64,000 bases of DNA. It comes from an uncultured Bacillales bacterium (GTDB taxonomy: Bacteria > Bacillota_I > Bacilli_A > RF39 > UBA660). Positions 46,136 through 55,384 of the stretch are shown in pieces. Under the pieces are notes generated by a model that was not told where the DNA came from, did not search any database, and saw only the letters and a list, made by a program, of their open reading frames with translations. Positions within the stretch are counted from its first letter, which is position 1. Each line of letters begins with the position of its first letter. The DNA is taken from positions 16,485-80,484 of the forward strand of contig CAMNCL010000001.1 in the NCBI GenBank assembly GCA_946534345.1, given 5' to 3'. The position numbers and the translations under genes are program-made.

Positions 46136-47359
46136 ATGAAAAGAATAAGTATAATGACAATTATTTTAATGATTTTATTTATTCCTATGAGTATTAGAGC
46201 TTTAGATTTTGATATCTATTCTAATAATGTTATTTTATATAATACTAAGGAAAATAAAGTTGTTTATGAAAAGAATAGTAAAGAAAAAATAAGTATTGCA
46301 TCTCTTACTAAGATAACTACTGGTATAGTCGCAATTGAGAATATAAAGGATTTAGATGAGAAAGTTACTATTACTAATGATGACTTTAAAGGTTTATATG
46401 AAGCACATGCTGCACTTGCAGGATTTAAAGTTGGACAAGAGGTAACATATAGAGATTTATTATATGGATTAATGCTTCCAAGTGGTGCAGAAGCTGCTAG
46501 AGCATTAGAGAGAACAGTCGCAGGCTCTGAAGAAGAATTTATTAAACTAATGAATACGAAAGCCAAAGAATTAAAGTTAGAAAACACTCACTATACTAAT
46601 CCTACTGGTTTAGATGATAATAATCATTATTCTACTGCTAGTGATGTATTAAAAGTATTTAAATATGCTCTAAAGAATAAAGAATTCAAAAAAATAATCA
46701 CTACTAAAAAATATGTGACTAGCGATAAATCAGTTACTCTTAAAAGTACACTAAGTAGATTAAATACTCTTGATATGGATTATGTTTTAGGAGGTAAAAC
46801 AGGTACTACTGATAATGCTGGCTTATGTCTAGCTACATTAGCTAATTATGATAATACAGATTTTATATTAGTGACTACAGGAGCAGAATACTCTAGAACT
46901 AGTCCTAGAAGTTTCTTAGATCAAAAAGAGATATATGAATATATTAGAGATAATTATGATTATCAGGAAGTAGTAAATAAAAAAGATGTTTTAGTAACAC
47001 TTCCTACTAAATATTTAAAAGAAGATGAAATAAAATTTACTAGTGATAAAAATATTAAAATGTATTTAGAAAATAATTTTAATAAAAAAGATTTAAAATA
47101 TAAATATATTGGTGAAAAAATAATTACTCATAAAATGAAAAAGAATCAAAAGATAGGTAGGGTAGATATCTATTATCATAATAATAAATTAACTACTGTA
47201 GATATTAAATTAAAAGATAAACCTAGATTATCAATAATTAAATATTTATGGGGACATAAATTAATAGTAGGTATCATTTTACTAATAATTATTTTTATTC
47301 CTAAAAATAAAAAGAAGAGAAGAAAAATAAAAATTAAAGTAAAGAAAAAAAGGAGATAA
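46136..47359 (+). CDS. D-alanyl-D-alanine carboxypeptidase (S11, PBP5/DacA-like) with a C-terminal TM and poly-basic tail
   Basis: ATG 46136 gives the signal peptide MKRISIMTIILMILFIPMSIRA. SxxK (SLTK), KTG (GKTGTT). C-terminal LIVGIILLIIIFIP then KNKKKRRKIKIKVKKKRR. Confidence 0.85.
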   Translation: MKRISIMTIILMILFIPMSIRALDFDIYSNNVILYNTKENKVVYEKNSKEKISIASLTKITTGIVAIENIKDLDEKVTITNDDFKGLYEAHAALAGFKVGQEVTYRDLLYGLMLPSGAEAARALERTVAGSEEEFIKLMNTKAKELKLENTHYTNPTGLDDNNHYSTASDVLKVFKYALKNKEFKKIITTKKYVTSDKSVTLKSTLSRLNTLDMDYVLGGKTGTTDNAGLCLATLANYDNTDFILVTTGAEYSRTSPRSFLDQKEIYEYIRDNYDYQEVVNKKDVLVTLPTKYLKEDEIKFTSDKNIKMYLENNFNKKDLKYKYIGEKIITHKMKKNQKIGRVDIYYHNNKLTTVDIKLKDKPRLSIIKYLWGHKLIVGIILLIIIFIPKNKKKRRKIKIKVKKKRR

Positions 47360-47373
47360 TTTATCTCCTTTTA
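47348..47373. terminator. bidirectional terminator between convergent dac and def
   Basis: AAAGGAGATAA/TTATCTCCTTT palindrome overlapping both gene ends. Confidence 0.65.
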
Positions 47374-47934
47374 AATTCCTCTCATTTGATCTTTACCTTT
47401 AAATGGATTCTTAGGATCAATATGATCTACAAATAATATACCATTTAAATGATCTAATTCATGTTGAAAACAAATAGCTATTTCTTCACGTCCTCTAATA
47501 TGAATCTTTTTACCATCCATATCATAAGCTTCCATTGTAACTCTAGCATATCTTGGAACTATGCCTTCTACAGGACGATTAACACTTAAGCATCCTTCAC
47601 CTTCATCAACATATATTTTTTCCATTGAATTACTGATTATCTTAGGATTAATTAATACATAAGTTTCAAATTTTTGTTCCTTATCATCTTCTTCAGTTAT
47701 TTCGTTAACTACTACAAAGTATCTTTTAGGAACTCCTAATTGAATTGCACTCATACCCATTCCTGGACGTAAATCATATTTTTCAGCTAATTCTTCAATT
47801 TGACTATCATGTAAATATTCAATCATAGTGTTTATTAAATCTCTATCTTCTTTAGATAGAGGGAATTCTACTTCTTTACTAATAGTACGTAATCTTCTAT
47901 CTTTTTCATCAAGTATTTCTTTAGTTTTTAACAC
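47371..47934 (-). CDS. def: peptide deformylase
   Basis: GTG start after GAGGTGG. Motifs G.G.SA.Q (GMGMSAIQLG), EGCLSV, QHELDHLNG. Confidence 0.95.
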   Translation of the reverse strand: MLKTKEILDEKDRRLRTISKEVEFPLSKEDRDLINTMIEYLHDSQIEELAEKYDLRPGMGMSAIQLGVPKRYFVVVNEITEEDDKEQKFETYVLINPKIISNSMEKIYVDEGEGCLSVNRPVEGIVPRYARVTMEAYDMDGKKIHIRGREEIAICFQHELDHLNGILFVDHIDPKNPFKGKDQMRGI

Positions 47935-48064
47935 TGTACCACCTCGACCTCTTATATTTTATCAAAAAAAGTTAATTTTGCCAATGTTAATTGACACCTT
48001 TTTAAATACTTATTCAAGTATAATATTGAAATATATGATATATTTATAGTAAAGAAGGGATTAT

Positions 48065-49210
48065 ATGAAAAAGACATTTAAGTATTTAGATAAACCTTTA
48101 CTTATTGTGACTGTAATTTTATTCTTAGTTGGATTAATTATGGTTTTTTCAGCATCTAATGTTACTGCTTATATGTCTTATGCAGTTAGTCCTTATAATT
48201 ATTTTTTAAAACAAGGTTTGTTCTTACTATTAGGATTATTTGTATTCCTATTTATGATTAAAATGAATACTAAGACATATGGAGTCTTTTCTTGGGGATT
48301 ATTATTAATATTAATCGCTTCTTTAGCAGTTTTATTAGTTATTGGTACTGCAAAAAATAAAGCAGTCAGTTGGTTTGATTTAGGTTTTATTAGTATTCAA
48401 CCTAGTGAATTTGTTAAAGTTGTCACAATAGTTTTTTTAGCTTATTATTATGATCGTAATAAAAGTAAATTAAAGAGTTGGGGAAAGAGTTTATTTCCTA
48501 TAGGTATTTGTGGTATAGTCGCAGCCTTAATATTTATACAACCAGATTTAGGTACTACTATTATTTATTCATTATTAGTATTTTGTATTTTTGTAATTTT
48601 ACCAATTATTCCCGAAATAAAGTATAAGACTATTTTTGCAGGTTTAGGACTTGTAGGTTTCGCAGTATTAAGTATTTTTGGAACTGGTAAGGGGGTTCTT
48701 TTAGAAAGACAAATGGAGAGATTTGATTTTAAAAGACCTTGTGATAAGATTCTAGAAAATGGTAACCAAGTATGTAATTGTTATATTGCGATGAATAATG
48801 GTGGATTAACTGGAGTTGGTTTAGGTAATTCTACTCAGAAATATTTATATTTACCGGAACCATATACTGACTTTATATTCGCGATAATAGTAGAAGAATT
48901 AGGAGTTATATCAGGAGTATTATTAGTATTAGCTTATATGTTTGTTTTATACCGGATATTGCTTATTGGTAGAAGATCATATACTAATATGGGAGCTATA
49001 CTATGTTATGGAGTAGCTATTTATATTTTTTTACATATTGCGATTAACTTAATGGGTATTATGGGTATGATGCCTATGACAGGTGTACCTCTTCCATTTA
49101 TGAGTTATGGTGGTAGTTTTACTATCTGTTTAATTGCGGCACTAACTATAGTTCAAAGAGTAAGTGTAGAGAATGGAAGGACTCGTGATAGAGAATTAAA
49201 AGGCAAGTAA
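48065..49210 (+). CDS. SEDS-family protein (FtsW/RodA)
   Basis: IQPSEFVK, IQPDLGT, LPEPYTDFIFA, PLPFMSYGGS. 381 aa. Second SEDS gene in the window. Confidence 0.9.
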   Translation: MKKTFKYLDKPLLIVTVILFLVGLIMVFSASNVTAYMSYAVSPYNYFLKQGLFLLLGLFVFLFMIKMNTKTYGVFSWGLLLILIASLAVLLVIGTAKNKAVSWFDLGFISIQPSEFVKVVTIVFLAYYYDRNKSKLKSWGKSLFPIGICGIVAALIFIQPDLGTTIIYSLLVFCIFVILPIIPEIKYKTIFAGLGLVGFAVLSIFGTGKGVLLERQMERFDFKRPCDKILENGNQVCNCYIAMNNGGLTGVGLGNSTQKYLYLPEPYTDFIFAIIVEELGVISGVLLVLAYMFVLYRILLIGRRSYTNMGAILCYGVAIYIFLHIAINLMGIMGMMPMTGVPLPFMSYGGSFTICLIAALTIVQRVSVENGRTRDRELKGK

Positions 49211-49264
49211 TTGCTTTTTTTTATGTTTTGTGGTAAAATATAGCTAATTTTGAAGGGGATATAT

Positions 49265-50374
49265 ATGAGTCCAATTGATTTTAAAAATTTAAAGAGTACA
49301 CTTGAATCAGAAATTAAAAAAAGTTCTAATGTCTTTATTGTGGGCCATAATAGTCCAGATTTTGATTCTATTGGGGCTTGTATTGGCTTGGATATTTTAG
49401 TCGAGAATTATAATAAAGATGTATATATTATTGTTAATGATAAAGAAATAAGAATGGAACCAGGTGTAAAAAGAATAATTGATGAGAATAGAGAGAATTT
49501 TTATTTTATTACTAATGAACAGTTTTTAAAATTAAAAGATAATAAATCTCTTCTTATAGTTACTGATGTTAATAAAGATTATATGATATCTGTAAAAGAT
49601 TATTTAGATGAAATGAATAGTGTAGTAGTTGTAGATCATCATGCTGAAGATGAACATACAATAAAAACTGATAAAAAGTTTATATTTCCAGATGCTTCTA
49701 GTGCTTCAGAAATAGTTGGAAGATTATTAAATCTTTCTAGAGTAAAGTATTCTAGTAGAGTAGCCAATTATTTATTAGCGGGTATTAGTTTAGATACTAA
49801 GAGATTTAAACAAAATACTACTTCTAAAACTCATGATATTGCTGAAAAGTTAATTGATAATGGAGCAGATATTGATTATGTTAATAATCTATTCTTAGAA
49901 GAGTTTGAAAGTTTTTGTAGAATTAGTAATCTAATTATTAATGGAACTACTATTAAGAAATTTAGTGAAGATACATTATCTCCAATTCAAGTATCATTTA
50001 CTTTAGATAGAAATCATCCTAAAGAAATATATAATAAGGAAGATTACGCTAAAGCTGCTGATAAGATGATGAAATTTGAAGGAGTAGATGCTGCTTTTGC
50101 TTTAGGTTTAGTCGATGAAGATACTATTCATATTTCCGCAAGAAGTGGTAAGAAGGTAAATGTTGAAAAGATAATGGAAGCTATAGAAGGCCAATGTGGT
50201 GGAACTTGTCAAGCTGCAGGTGGTAGAGTAAAATCAAATGATATCTTCGCAGTAGAAGAAGATATTACAAATAAAGTAATTTTAGGAATTTCAGATGAGG
50301 AACAAGTAATTGAAGAACCTCCTGTTATTAAGAAGAAACAAATTAGAAGACCTGTTTTTAAAGAAAAGTCGTAA
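49265..50374 (+). CDS. DHH/DHHA1-family phosphoesterase (GdpP catalytic-domain-like/NrnA-like), stand-alone
   Basis: ATG 49265 after AAGGGGA. DHH motifs GHNSPDFDSIGA, TDVN, VVDHH, LLAGISLDTKRF. The DHHA1 region reads GGTCQAAGG where GGGH is expected. Confidence 0.75.
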   Translation: MSPIDFKNLKSTLESEIKKSSNVFIVGHNSPDFDSIGACIGLDILVENYNKDVYIIVNDKEIRMEPGVKRIIDENRENFYFITNEQFLKLKDNKSLLIVTDVNKDYMISVKDYLDEMNSVVVVDHHAEDEHTIKTDKKFIFPDASSASEIVGRLLNLSRVKYSSRVANYLLAGISLDTKRFKQNTTSKTHDIAEKLIDNGADIDYVNNLFLEEFESFCRISNLIINGTTIKKFSEDTLSPIQVSFTLDRNHPKEIYNKEDYAKAADKMMKFEGVDAAFALGLVDEDTIHISARSGKKVNVEKIMEAIEGQCGGTCQAAGGRVKSNDIFAVEEDITNKVILGISDEEQVIEEPPVIKKKQIRRPVFKEKS

Positions 50375-50416
50375 GACTCTTCTTTTTTTTTGAATAATAT
50401 AATAGAGGTGAAGATA

Positions 50417-51091
50417 ATGACATTTAAATATAGACATCGTAGAGAAATAATAATTGGTATAATCGCAACTATTATAATTAGTAGTCTTATTATTTTTACT
50501 ATTATTAGTATTAAAAAAAGCAATAAAAAAGAAGAAGATGTAGTAGTAGAAAAAAAGATAACTAAGAGAAAAGAAAAAGTTATAGAGGAAGAATTAAAAG
50601 TAGATATAAAAGGACAAGTAATTAATCCTGGTATATATTCTTTAAAAGCAAATTCCAGAGTGATAGATGTAATTGCGGCAGCTGGAGGATTAACAGGAGA
50701 AGCTGATACTTCTGTTATTAATTTGAGTAAGAAGATTAAAGATGAAATGGTTATTATTGTCTATAGTAGAGAAGAAGTAATGGATTTTCATAAGACAAAG
50801 GAAATAGAAAAACAAGTAGAAGATAAATGTATTCAAAAAGATGAAGAATCTCTAAAGAATGATGCTTGTATAAGTAGTGAAATTGAAAAAACTGTAATAG
50901 GTAAAGTATCTATTAATAATGCTACTAAAGAAGAATTAATGACACTAACTGGTATAGGTGAGTCTAAGGCTAAAGATATAATTAGTTACCGTGAAAAGAA
51001 TGGACCATTTAAAACTATAGAAGATATTAAAAATGTATCAGGTATAGGAGATAGTTTATTTGCTAAGATTAAGGAAAATATTACTACTTGA
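50417..51091 (+). CDS. comEA: competence protein ComEA (DNA receptor)
   Basis: ATG 50417 after GAGGTGA. N-terminal TM, SLBB-like (VDIKGQVINPGIYSL), C-terminal tandem HhH (NNATKEELMTLTGIGESKAKDII...VSGIGDSLFAKI). Confidence 0.85.
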   Translation: MTFKYRHRREIIIGIIATIIISSLIIFTIISIKKSNKKEEDVVVEKKITKRKEKVIEEELKVDIKGQVINPGIYSLKANSRVIDVIAAAGGLTGEADTSVINLSKKIKDEMVIIVYSREEVMDFHKTKEIEKQVEDKCIQKDEESLKNDACISSEIEKTVIGKVSINNATKEELMTLTGIGESKAKDIISYREKNGPFKTIEDIKNVSGIGDSLFAKIKENITT

Positions 51092-53099
51092 TTATTTATA
51101 TGTAGGTATAACTGTACTAGTATTATTGATAAGTATAATTAGATTATCTATTCCTATAAATTCTAATTATAATGAATCATCTACTAGTTTTATTGGTATT
51201 ATTACAAAGATAATTATTAAAGATGATAAAGTAACACTCTATGTAAATAATAAAGAAACTGTAATAGCTACTTACTATGATTCTAGATGTAATTATAAAT
51301 TAGGAGATAAAGTAAAAGTACTAGGTGAATTTAAGTTACCTAGTACTAATACAAGTGATTATTTATTTGATTATAGAAAGTATTTAAGAAATAGAAGAAT
51401 ATTTTATTTAATAGATGTAGCTAGTATTAAAAAAATAAAAAGTAATAGTAATATTTATTATTATTTAAAACAAAAATTAATTGATAGTTTAGATTATAAT
51501 CCCTATCTTTTTACTTTTATATTAGGTGATAAAAGCTATTTAGATAGTAATATTAAAAGATCATATCAAAGTAATGGTATAAGTCATCTATTCTGCATAA
51601 GTGGAATGCATACAGCTTTATTGATTAGTATTATTAGTAAGCTTTTAAAGAAATTTAAACTAAATGAAAATAACTTATTTGTAATTACTACAATAATTCT
51701 AATAATCTATTTATTCTTAGTAGGACTCTCTCCATCAATTCTAAGAGCAGTACTTTTCTATATAATTTTTTCTATTAATAGAATTAATTGCTTTTATATA
51801 AAACCTACTAATTTATTCTTTTTAGTACTAAGTATTAGTTTACTAGTTAATCCATATTATATTTATGATGTTGGTTATTTATATTCTTATTCAATAAGTT
51901 TTGCTTTAATTAAAATGCTTGGATTTCTTCAAACTAATAAGTATTTTAAAACTCTATTTAAAACATCAATTCTATCTTTATTAATAAGTCTACCAATTAC
52001 TTTATATAATTTTTATGAAATAAATATTCTAAGTATTATTTATAATTTAATATTTATTCCTATAATTAGTTTAATCATTTTCCCATTAAGTTTATTAGTA
52101 GTAATAATTAAACCATTAATTCCTATTTATAATTTATTAATAAAAATAGTAGAGAATTTATCATTATTACTTAGTAAGATATCTTTTGGTAAATTATTAT
52201 TTAAAAGATTACCAATTACTATTTATATTATATATTTTATTATTATAATTATTTATTTATACAAACCTAAAAGATTAGTATTATTAATACTATTATTTTT
52301 ATTAACTATTCATCTTTTTATACCATATTTTGATTCTAATTATTTAAAAATAATAGATGTTGGTCAAGGAGATTCTAGTTTAATTCATTACAATCATAAG
52401 AATATTTTAATAGATACTGGAGGGATTACTTCTTACTATAAAAAAACTGATGGAATAGTTTTTAATAATACTCTAAATCCACTATTAAAAAGTTCAGGTA
52501 TTAAAAAAATTAATTATTTAATACTAACTCATGGTGATTTTGATCATATGGGTGAAGCTATAAATATTGTAGAAAACTATAAAGTAGATAAAGTTATATT
52601 TAATTGTGGAGATTATAATTATCTAGAAAAGGAGTTAATAAAAGTATTAGATAAAAAGAACATTAAATACTATACTTGTATTAATGAATTAAATATTAGT
52701 AATAATAAATTATACTTTTTACAGACAATAGACTTTAATGATGAAAATGATAATAGTAATGTTATTTATACAGAACTAAATGGTTATAAATTTATGTTTA
52801 TGGGAGATGCTTCAACTAAGACAGAAGAAGAGATAATAAAGGAATATGATTTACCTAAAATAGATGTCTTAAAAGTAGGACATCATGGATCAAGAACAAG
52901 TAGTAGTAAAGAATTTATAAATACTATAAAACCTAAGTATTCTATTATTAGTGTAGGAAAAGATAATAAGTTTAAACATCCAAATAAAGAAGCACTGGAT
53001 AACTTAAAAAATTCCAAAATATATAGAACAGATAGGGATGGAAGTATTGTGATTAAAGTAAAGAATAATGAATTAAAGATAGAAACTTATGAATCATAA
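51060..53099 (+). CDS. comEC: DNA internalization competence protein ComEC/Rec2
   Basis: TTG 51060, 8 nt after GGAGA; overlaps the end of comEA. Polytopic competence domain (SHLFCISGMH) plus C-terminal metallo-beta-lactamase (IIDVGQGDS, LTHGDFDH, VGHHGS). Confidence 0.9.
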   Translation: MLRLRKILLLDYLYVGITVLVLLISIIRLSIPINSNYNESSTSFIGIITKIIIKDDKVTLYVNNKETVIATYYDSRCNYKLGDKVKVLGEFKLPSTNTSDYLFDYRKYLRNRRIFYLIDVASIKKIKSNSNIYYYLKQKLIDSLDYNPYLFTFILGDKSYLDSNIKRSYQSNGISHLFCISGMHTALLISIISKLLKKFKLNENNLFVITTIILIIYLFLVGLSPSILRAVLFYIIFSINRINCFYIKPTNLFFLVLSISLLVNPYYIYDVGYLYSYSISFALIKMLGFLQTNKYFKTLFKTSILSLLISLPITLYNFYEINILSIIYNLIFIPIISLIIFPLSLLVVIIKPLIPIYNLLIKIVENLSLLLSKISFGKLLFKRLPITIYIIYFIIIIIYLYKPKRLVLLILLFLLTIHLFIPYFDSNYLKIIDVGQGDSSLIHYNHKNILIDTGGITSYYKKTDGIVFNNTLNPLLKSSGIKKINYLILTHGDFDHMGEAINIVENYKVDKVIFNCGDYNYLEKELIKVLDKKNIKYYTCINELNISNNKLYFLQTIDFNDENDNSNVIYTELNGYKFMFMGDASTKTEEEIIKEYDLPKIDVLKVGHHGSRTSSSKEFINTIKPKYSIISVGKDNKFKHPNKEALDNLKNSKIYRTDRDGSIVIKVKNNELKIETYES

Positions 53100-53131
53100 A
53101 TATGATACAATAATATTAGGAGTTGATATTA

Positions 53132-53686
53132 ATGAATCAAATAACAATAAGACACTTGACTGTTAATGATGTTTTGGGAGCTGCTGAAATAAGAGTTGAT
53201 GGTTGGAAAAAAGCCTATAAGGGAATTATTGACGATAAGCATCTAGATTCATTAAGTATAGAGGAACAAGCTAAGAAATTTGAAAAACTAGTTGGTAATG
53301 ATAATTTTATTGTTGCTATACATGATGAAAAAGTAGTTGGTTTCTGTAGATTTATTTACGATAACTCTTTTTCATCAGATTTAGATTATGTAGATTGTGA
53401 ACTTTCTGCAATTTATGTGCATCCAGATTTAAAAGGGAAAGGTATAGGAACTAAGTTATTTGATTATGTATTAGAGAGATTTAATTCTCAAAATAAAAAC
53501 ACAATGATTTTATGGTGCTTAGCTGACAATGTTGATTCTATTATTTTTTATAAACATATGGGAGGTCATATTAAAGAATCAAAGCAAGCTACAATTGGTA
53601 ATAAAAACTATGAAGAACTTGGCTTTGTTTATAATGTAAAGGAATTATGTAATAAAAAAACAGAAAAAAATATAGGACGTGATTAA
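53132..53686 (+). CDS. GNAT-family N-acetyltransferase
   Basis: ATG 53132 after AGGAG. Motif A LKGKGIGTKLFDYVLE. Confidence 0.8.
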   Translation: MNQITIRHLTVNDVLGAAEIRVDGWKKAYKGIIDDKHLDSLSIEEQAKKFEKLVGNDNFIVAIHDEKVVGFCRFIYDNSFSSDLDYVDCELSAIYVHPDLKGKGIGTKLFDYVLERFNSQNKNTMILWCLADNVDSIIFYKHMGGHIKESKQATIGNKNYEELGFVYNVKELCNKKTEKNIGRD

Positions 53687-54362
53687 TGTGAACTTTGATT
53701 TGAAAATTCAGAATAATGAATTAACAGTTTTGTGCTCAAATTCATTAGAAAAATTTTCTAATGAATTTATAAAATATTATGATGAGAATATTGAAAGAAT
53801 TAAAGAAGAGTTATCAATTAATCAAGAAATAAAACTAATAGTAGCTTTAACTGCTGAAGAAGAAAAAGCAGGTTTTGTATATGGAAAAACATCTTTTTCT
53901 GGATTCTTTACCGATACAGGAACATTCGCATATATTAATTTGGATGGTAAAAAAACTAAAGAAGATATGTTTAAAGGATTAATGCATGAACTAATCCATC
54001 ATCTTTATAAATATTATGTATATGGAAAAGACAAAGAGAGAATTACCTGGGTTGATGAAGGAATTGCTCAATACTTTTCTGGGCAAAAAGATGATATGAA
54101 GGATGATGAAAAATACAAATTATTTTTAGAAGAAAATTTACAATCTATTGATAACATTAATCTAAATGAATTAAATCACAATGATAGAAGTTTTGGAGAT
54201 AATAATGGTTATAATCTATCTTACATGGCAATTAGATACTTATATGAAAATAATAGTCATGAAGAATTTATTAAAATTATTAAAAATCAAGATTTACTTA
54301 AGGACTATGGTAATACTGTGTTAAATACTATTAATGAAAGGTATAATAGTAAGAGTAAATAA
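53679..54362 (+). CDS. putative zinc metallopeptidase, MA-clan (HExxH...E) domain, cytoplasmic
   Basis: GTG start overlapping the GNAT stop by 8 nt. LMHELIHHL and WVDEGIAQYFSG (HExxH plus a downstream Glu). No signal peptide. Confidence 0.55.
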   Translation: MINVNFDLKIQNNELTVLCSNSLEKFSNEFIKYYDENIERIKEELSINQEIKLIVALTAEEEKAGFVYGKTSFSGFFTDTGTFAYINLDGKKTKEDMFKGLMHELIHHLYKYYVYGKDKERITWVDEGIAQYFSGQKDDMKDDEKYKLFLEENLQSIDNINLNELNHNDRSFGDNNGYNLSYMAIRYLYENNSHEEFIKIIKNQDLLKDYGNTVLNTINERYNSKSK

Positions 54363-54483
54363 ATTGACTTGTAGCTATCATTCAGTAAGGAAGCAAAGAC
54401 TTCTTTTTATTGTGTAAAAACAAGTAAAAAGGTGGACTTTTATTGATATTTTCGATACAATTTATATAGGTGGTGGTAAGTTT

Positions 54484-55380
54484 ATGAAAAAAGATTTATT
54501 TAAAACAGATTCAATTAAACTTACCCAATCTTTTCAAGAAGCATGTGCTGATAAAGAATTTAAAGATTTTGTATACGGTTTAAATATTAAAGAAGAAATA
54601 TTAGAAAAATATACATCTTCACTACAAGATGCTTTTTTAGAGTGTAAAAATTGTGATAAATGTAAAGGGTTAAGTACTTGTAAGAATATGGTTAAAGGAT
54701 ATAAATATACTCCAGTATTAGAAGGGAATATAATTAACTTTTGTTATGACGAATGTCCTAGAGAAACTAAGAGAAGAGAAGCTAATTCTTATAAAGACAA
54801 TTTAGATTTATTTGAAATGCCTATGGAAGTAAAAGATGCTTCTTTTAAAGATATTTATAAAGATGATAAAGCTAGAATTCCAATTATTAAGTATTTTAAA
54901 GAATTCATGGATAATTATAAAAATAGTGATAAACCTAAAGGTATTTACTTAACTGGATCTTTTGGATCAGGAAAAACTTATTTAATCGCAGCTTTGTTTA
55001 ATGAGATGGCTAAAAAAGGTGAGAAGTCAGTATTAATCTATTATCCAGAATTCTTAAGAAGTTTAAAAGCTTCATTTGGAATAGATTATAATGAAAGATT
55101 TGAATATATAAAAAGAGTTCCATTATTATTACTTGATGATATAGGAGCAGAAAATTGTAGTAACTGGTCTAGAGATGAAGTCTTAGGACCAATATTACAA
55201 TATAGAATGGAGAATCATTTACCAACATTTTTTACTTCAAACTTAACTTTAAATGAATTAGAAAAATCTCTTTCAATCACTTCTTCAGGGGTGGATAAAG
55301 TAAAGGCAAGAAGAATTATTGAACGAATTAAACAATTAACAGTTCCATTGGAATTGGTAAGTAAAAACAGGAGGGATTGA
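54484..55380 (+). CDS. dnaI: primosomal helicase loader DnaI
   Basis: N-terminal Cys-rich Zn module (CKNCDKCKGLSTCKN...CYDECP). AAA+ Walker A GSFGSGKTY, Walker B LLLLDDIGAE. C-terminal ...SKNRR. Confidence 0.85.
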   Translation: MKKDLFKTDSIKLTQSFQEACADKEFKDFVYGLNIKEEILEKYTSSLQDAFLECKNCDKCKGLSTCKNMVKGYKYTPVLEGNIINFCYDECPRETKRREANSYKDNLDLFEMPMEVKDASFKDIYKDDKARIPIIKYFKEFMDNYKNSDKPKGIYLTGSFGSGKTYLIAALFNEMAKKGEKSVLIYYPEFLRSLKASFGIDYNERFEYIKRVPLLLLDDIGAENCSNWSRDEVLGPILQYRMENHLPTFFTSNLTLNELEKSLSITSSGVDKVKARRIIERIKQLTVPLELVSKNRRD

Positions 55381-55384
55381 TAGA

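Noticed and set aside
46096-46140. A possible leaderless mRNA for the D,D-carboxypeptidase: TATAAT at 46124-46129 lies 6 nt before ATG 46136, and no RBS is present.
   Set aside because: There is no convincing -35 and no correctly spaced TG extension. The region is so AT-rich that TATAAT-like hexamers are frequent. Read-through from the upstream gene, or the TTG 46118 start, cannot be excluded without 5'-end data.
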